From NCBI GenBank assembly GCA_013239625.1, contig MU053881.1, positions 11,150,873-11,214,872 on the forward strand: a DNA stretch of 64,000 bases. Direction: 5' to 3'. The notes beneath the pieces are model-generated. The model saw nothing but the letters and a program-made list of their open reading frames with translations. It was not told the origin of the DNA and ran no database searches. This DNA is from Lama guanicoe (lineage: Eukaryota). Each line of letters begins with the position of its first letter. Position 1 is the first letter of the stretch. This document shows, in pieces, positions 59,046 through 64,000 of this stretch. A program made the translations under genes and the position numbers.

Positions 59046-62000
59046 ACAGGGCCTAACCAGTGATCTCCTTAAGCCCAGAGGTGTAATCAGAAACTAAATT
59101 GACTCTCTTGAACATGCTCCATAGCTCTTAACCTTGATCTATGAACCATCTTAATCTCAGTCTTCTGTTTCTATTCTTGTCTCCCAACTCCAAACCATAC
59201 TTTATACATTGCACTTCTGCCAAAGGGATTCTGGCCAAGTCCTTCACCTGAAACACTCTAACAAGTGTATTGTTTTTAAACTTTGCAACCTGTATTTTAA
59301 ATAATAAAGCATTTAAATTAATAACATTTCAATTATAAAATATTTAACACTTATACAGTATTCACTTACATAATAATATGGATATGTATTAACAGACTTC
59401 CACACACAAAGCACTGTCCTTGAGCTTTATAAAGGGAACACAGATAATGAGTTAAGGGGACAGTGCAAGTAAAAAGGTGTGAGGCAACAGGATTGGCCAG
59501 AGGGGAGGGAAGACTGTGGGCTGTGTGAATACTGATTAAACAGAGCCTGTGGTCACTAGGGCCTAAAAGTACAAGAGACAGGCTTTCAGCATTCCTTTCT
59601 CCCTTTTCTTTTCTTTCTTCTCAGTTTCTCAACTTTCCATTGTTAGGACATTTGATGTCCTCAAGGCTGTGATTGAAAGGAGTACAGTTACTGACATTGT
59701 TAGAATGTAATATTCACTGTCAAATAATTTCCATCAGTGATGGTCTATGGGGCGATTTCTAATCAAAATACTCAATTGCCACTCAACACACTCCTAGGCG
59801 ATTATTAGTTCTGAGTATACCTTTAAAACAAGTGTGGCTTTGTATTATAAATTAGTGACATTAGCAGACTTGGGGGTTTTATTTGTGTGTTTGTTTGTTT
59901 TGGTTTCTCCCCCTTACCCTGCTTGACTCTGCCATCCTCCACCTAAACAAACTCTTACAAACAAGAAAGGGAGTGGAGCTGCAGCAGAGCATAAAAGGGT
60001 TTTGCGTCCTGGAGGACATCCAGGGTTGCCTGGGGAGTGAGACTCCCAGATAGGTTAGAGAACTTAAGAATGGAGACGAATTGTGCTTCACATTTTGTCT
60101 AGCACACAACTCATGGAATCCCCCATGCAATCAGGATATGACAAAAAAGTCCTGCCATCTAAGAGAGCTTTTCATAACCTACATGTAAACCCAATATACT
60201 GCAGTGAGCAGCTATGTTTTGTTTTGTTTTGTTTTTTTCTGTGTGGTTCTGAATAGCATGCCAGGTTGCTATTCAGATCCTAAACAGATCTTAAATTGGG
60301 ACTAGGAGATTGATCCTCCAATGATAGAGTGGGCAGTAGAGCTAGTGACCAAGTAGGGACATGGACTTCTGGGCAGCAGACATCAACCTGTCACAATCAG
60401 ATATGGTAAGGACACAGTGGGTGTTTTACATCACAGGGGTGAAAAAGTGGTCCTTCTCTCAGACCACAGTACTGTGCAAGTCATGGAAACTACCCCACCT
60501 CACCCACCTTGGATGTTAGATGCCATCTCATGGAACAGAAGATGAGAATAGAGGAAGAAAAAAAAATGAAAGCAGAGTATGATGGAGGCTAAACCTAAAA
60601 CAAGTGAGAAAAATGGGCTACATTAAATTTTCTGCTATCACACAGAATGACTAATTTGAATTATAGAAAAAAAAAAAAGAAAATGGCATTTCTCTTGCAC
60701 CTGAATTTCTTCCCTGAAAATATCACAATTGGTAAAGGAGTTTATCAACTTTCACATAACTGATCTATGGCTCAAGTTAATTCTTTTTATGGAGTGACTG
60801 AATATTCATGAAGCTGCAGCTATACTGTGATTATGATTCTCTATTGGTATTTGAAATTCACACTAGACAGGCACCTACATATTCCCAAAGGAATAGGAGC
60901 TATGTACCCATTTGAAAACATTAGCTGGTTTCAATAAGCTAAGCCTTAAGAAATGCATCCTTAACTCAAGGGAAAAATCACAGGAAAGCTGGTGCACAAG
61001 TACGAGGTTGGTAAAAACTCTCCTGAGGATTTGTGACCTATAATTTCACAATATACTTTTTTCTAAAACACCAGGCTCTTATTCTAAATAGTTGGCTTCA
61101 TTTAGAGCAGTTAGATGCCATCTGATTAAAAGAAAGAGTCTATAGCTGAAAAACTGCTGAGAAGTCAAGTTATTTCCAGCTATAATATTTTATAACTATA
61201 TATATGTTTTAAATCCTGGGGAAAATTTTTACCATCTTTCTAAAAGTGAAATCCCATTTACAAGTATTCTAAAATGTTAGACAGTTTACACTGCTATGCA
61301 CATTCTAAGATGAAATATAGGCAGGGGTGGGAGGGAAAAGGTGTTAATTGATTAAAAATATTAGTTTTGTATGAATGACTGCAGAGGATGTCAGAGCTTA
61401 GTTCTACTAAAAGATTCAATGCCAAATTACACACTGTATTAAACAACATAAGAAGCATTAAAAATTAATAGCAACTTAGCATTAAGTCCTGATTATATTG
61501 TCAATGAAGATGATAATTGGGAAGGTTTAAAATAAAATTTGCAATAAAGAAAACAATTTAATTACTTTAAGTGCTTCTATGATACAGTGATTTTGCTTAA
61601 ACTATCTATTTAAAACTTTTATTTAAAAGTACTTTATATTAATCACTTATATATTTTGGTATATTTAAATGTATTAACATTTACATATTTATATAAAAGC
61701 GCTTGAACCATTGGTTTTAGATGCCCTACAATAATAAGTATAGCAAACATATTCAGGTACAAAAATGAAGATCAAGTATATGCAGGAAAGCACAGGGCTA
61801 AATACAGAAGTACAGACGCCACCAACACTTTTCAGTTGATAGAAGGGGGTCACCTATTTGATTCTAAGCTTCTTTGCAAGTAGAGCAAATAGGAAATCAA
61901 CATCAATTACTGTATTCACAGGCTCAAAAGGACTCAGCTATGGGAAGAAACTGAAAGGTCAATGAGCGTCCAGTGATTTCAATCAGTAACATATAAAAAT

Positions 62001-62714
62001 AACACTGATTGTCTTCATCATTGTCACACAATTATTACCACTTCTTTCTTGATAAAGGCACTTCTCTATCTTGTTCAGACATTTTTGAAATAGAACTTTT
62101 ACACTAACATACTCTACTATAGGTCATAAAGTCATAGATGAAAACACTATTCATTGTATGCATATGAAGCAGCAACCCAAACACGGAAAGTACACCCAAC
62201 TAAAGATAAAGAAATCAAAGTTTATAGTTAAGATTTGTGTTTAAGCTTTAAATTATTCCAGTTATGTATGGTGTGGTACAGCAATTAATTCAGCTATGTA
62301 TTAATTAAAAAACAGACGAGTCCATGGAGAAATAACTTTCAGAGCCATTATAACTCTCAGAACTTGCAAGTTTTTAAAATACAGTTTAGTAACATGAAGT
62401 GACAGCCTCCAAAAGTGTGTATTATGTTTCTTGAAATTAAGCATTTGCTAAAACAATGCTTACTACAGCATGGCAAGTGAGAAATAAAAGACACACACCA
62501 CTTCGAACAGAAAACATCTGCTCTGTCTATACTTCATGTGGAGACCATTACTGAAAATATAGGTCAATTAATTTCTTCTGTTAGCTTTTCACTTTGCAAG
62601 GATCACTTAGACTGTCAGATCCTACTTAAGAAATTCATTAGTGAAAACAAGGAAACCAATATTTGAGTAATTCTCTGTTAAAAATAAAAACAACAAGGAA
62701 CTTTGCTGTGCTCC

Positions 62715-62880
62715 GGAGTTCCACTTCTCTTCCTTTTTGGTATCACTGCAATCATGTCCAGGCGTCAGACACTCACGCCTTCAGCTTCATTGTGCTCGCT
62801 GACCTCCATCTCATCTATGTCATCCTATAGCATCTCCAGCAAATGTTACTTCCTTGCCTTTCATAATTGCCACAATCCCA
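62715..62880 (+). mobile_element. Diverged L2 fragment
   Basis: tccacttctcttcc...cactgcaatcatgtccaggc resembles L2 internal consensus. Confidence 0.45.
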
Positions 62881-63764
62881 TTTCATACCAGGGCCAGTGA
62901 AACGACCAACTGCCTTCTCCATTTTACATCAGTCTTGAAGTTGCATCAACTCTACTTTACTGCATTTAAAAGGCTTTTCATTACTCACACCTAGCAGTAA
63001 AAGTGAAGAAAGCCCTTAATACATATAATAATGTTAACTTATAATATTGCATCTTGAGATATTTGCTAATAAACTTTTCACATGATAAAACAACAAAATA
63101 TAACAGATATATCTGAAAGGTGAGATAAAGATAAAATAATCTTTTTAATTGCCTCCTAAGCATAGTTACTAATTCCATCACTAATAATAGTGGTTATTTA
63201 TGTACACACCAAACTGTCCTCTTAATAATTAAATTTTGGCCCATTTCCAAACAGTTTATATCCTAACTGTATGACCTCATTATGCTGGTGACCAACAGTT
63301 TATAATTAAATTTGTGGCATCACTACTATTTCTTATTGACTGTTTGTGCTAGCATTATGAGAGTGATCTTCAACTATTTTGTAAAACATCCACCCATTTT
63401 GCCAAGTTAAGCTTAGTGAAAACCGGACAGTATAATACATGAACCCACTAACCAGGTAGACAAAAATGTCAATAAGTAACAGTGAACTGAAAGCTAAAAG
63501 GAATGAGGGGGTGCACTGCCACCCCCATTGGCTGAAATCTCCATACTTTCCTAAAGGATGCTTCCCGACCAGGTGTTACAAGGGACCATGTGACACACAG
63601 ACTAAATGCTAATGCCAGATCAACCCATGTATTAAGTGTGACCAAGCTAAGCATTTTAATTGTAGATGAAAAACAATCATAGGAATTTCTAATATATATA
63701 GTTTTAAATACCCCGAAGGACTGTGATTTCCAAACCCTGGTTATGCACATACTGCTTTAGAAAT

Positions 63765-63890
63765 TACCATGCTGAAGTACGATTCTGATCACATCCCTCT
63801 GCTTTCTAAAACTGAGAGGCTTTCCATCGCTTTACTAAATTATCTTTACATTCAAGAGAGTCTACATTATAATTCCAATCTATGCTTCCC
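63765..63890 (+). mobile_element. Diverged L2 fragment
   Basis: tctgatcacatccctctgctttctaaaac...ggctttccatcgc. Confidence 0.5.
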
Positions 63891-64000
63891 GATTAAATTT
63901 TATATATGTGCCGTTGGTTCTAATCACCTGGAAATAACTTACATTTTTCAAAAGTATACCATATCTTTACATCAATGAATTTCTGTTCAAGCTATTCCTT

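Overview
AT-rich, CpG-poor mammalian genomic DNA. Two tRNA-derived vic-1-like SINEs and young L1 3' ends point to a camelid (camel, alpaca or llama). No protein-coding exon could be assigned with confidence; the only recognisable protein pieces are decayed L1 ORF2 and L2 reverse-transcriptase fragments. The window reads as a large intron or gene-poor region filled with L1, L2, MIR, MaLR/ERV solo LTRs and hAT MITEs. Most L1 sequence lies on the + strand, which hints at a host transcript on the - strand. Two non-TE features stand out. The first is a ~400 bp degenerate 26-bp tandem array at 48.3-48.7 kb whose best-conserved part is TAATGARAT, a POU-class binding motif (7 exact copies, all on one strand). 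The second is a promoter-like block at 10.1-10.8 kb with retained CpGs, a perfect G-quadruplex and a candidate minus-strand first exon ending ATGGAAG|GCAAGT (GC-type donor). Repeat family names come from remembered consensus sequences, and boundaries are approximate unless a TSD or TIR is quoted.
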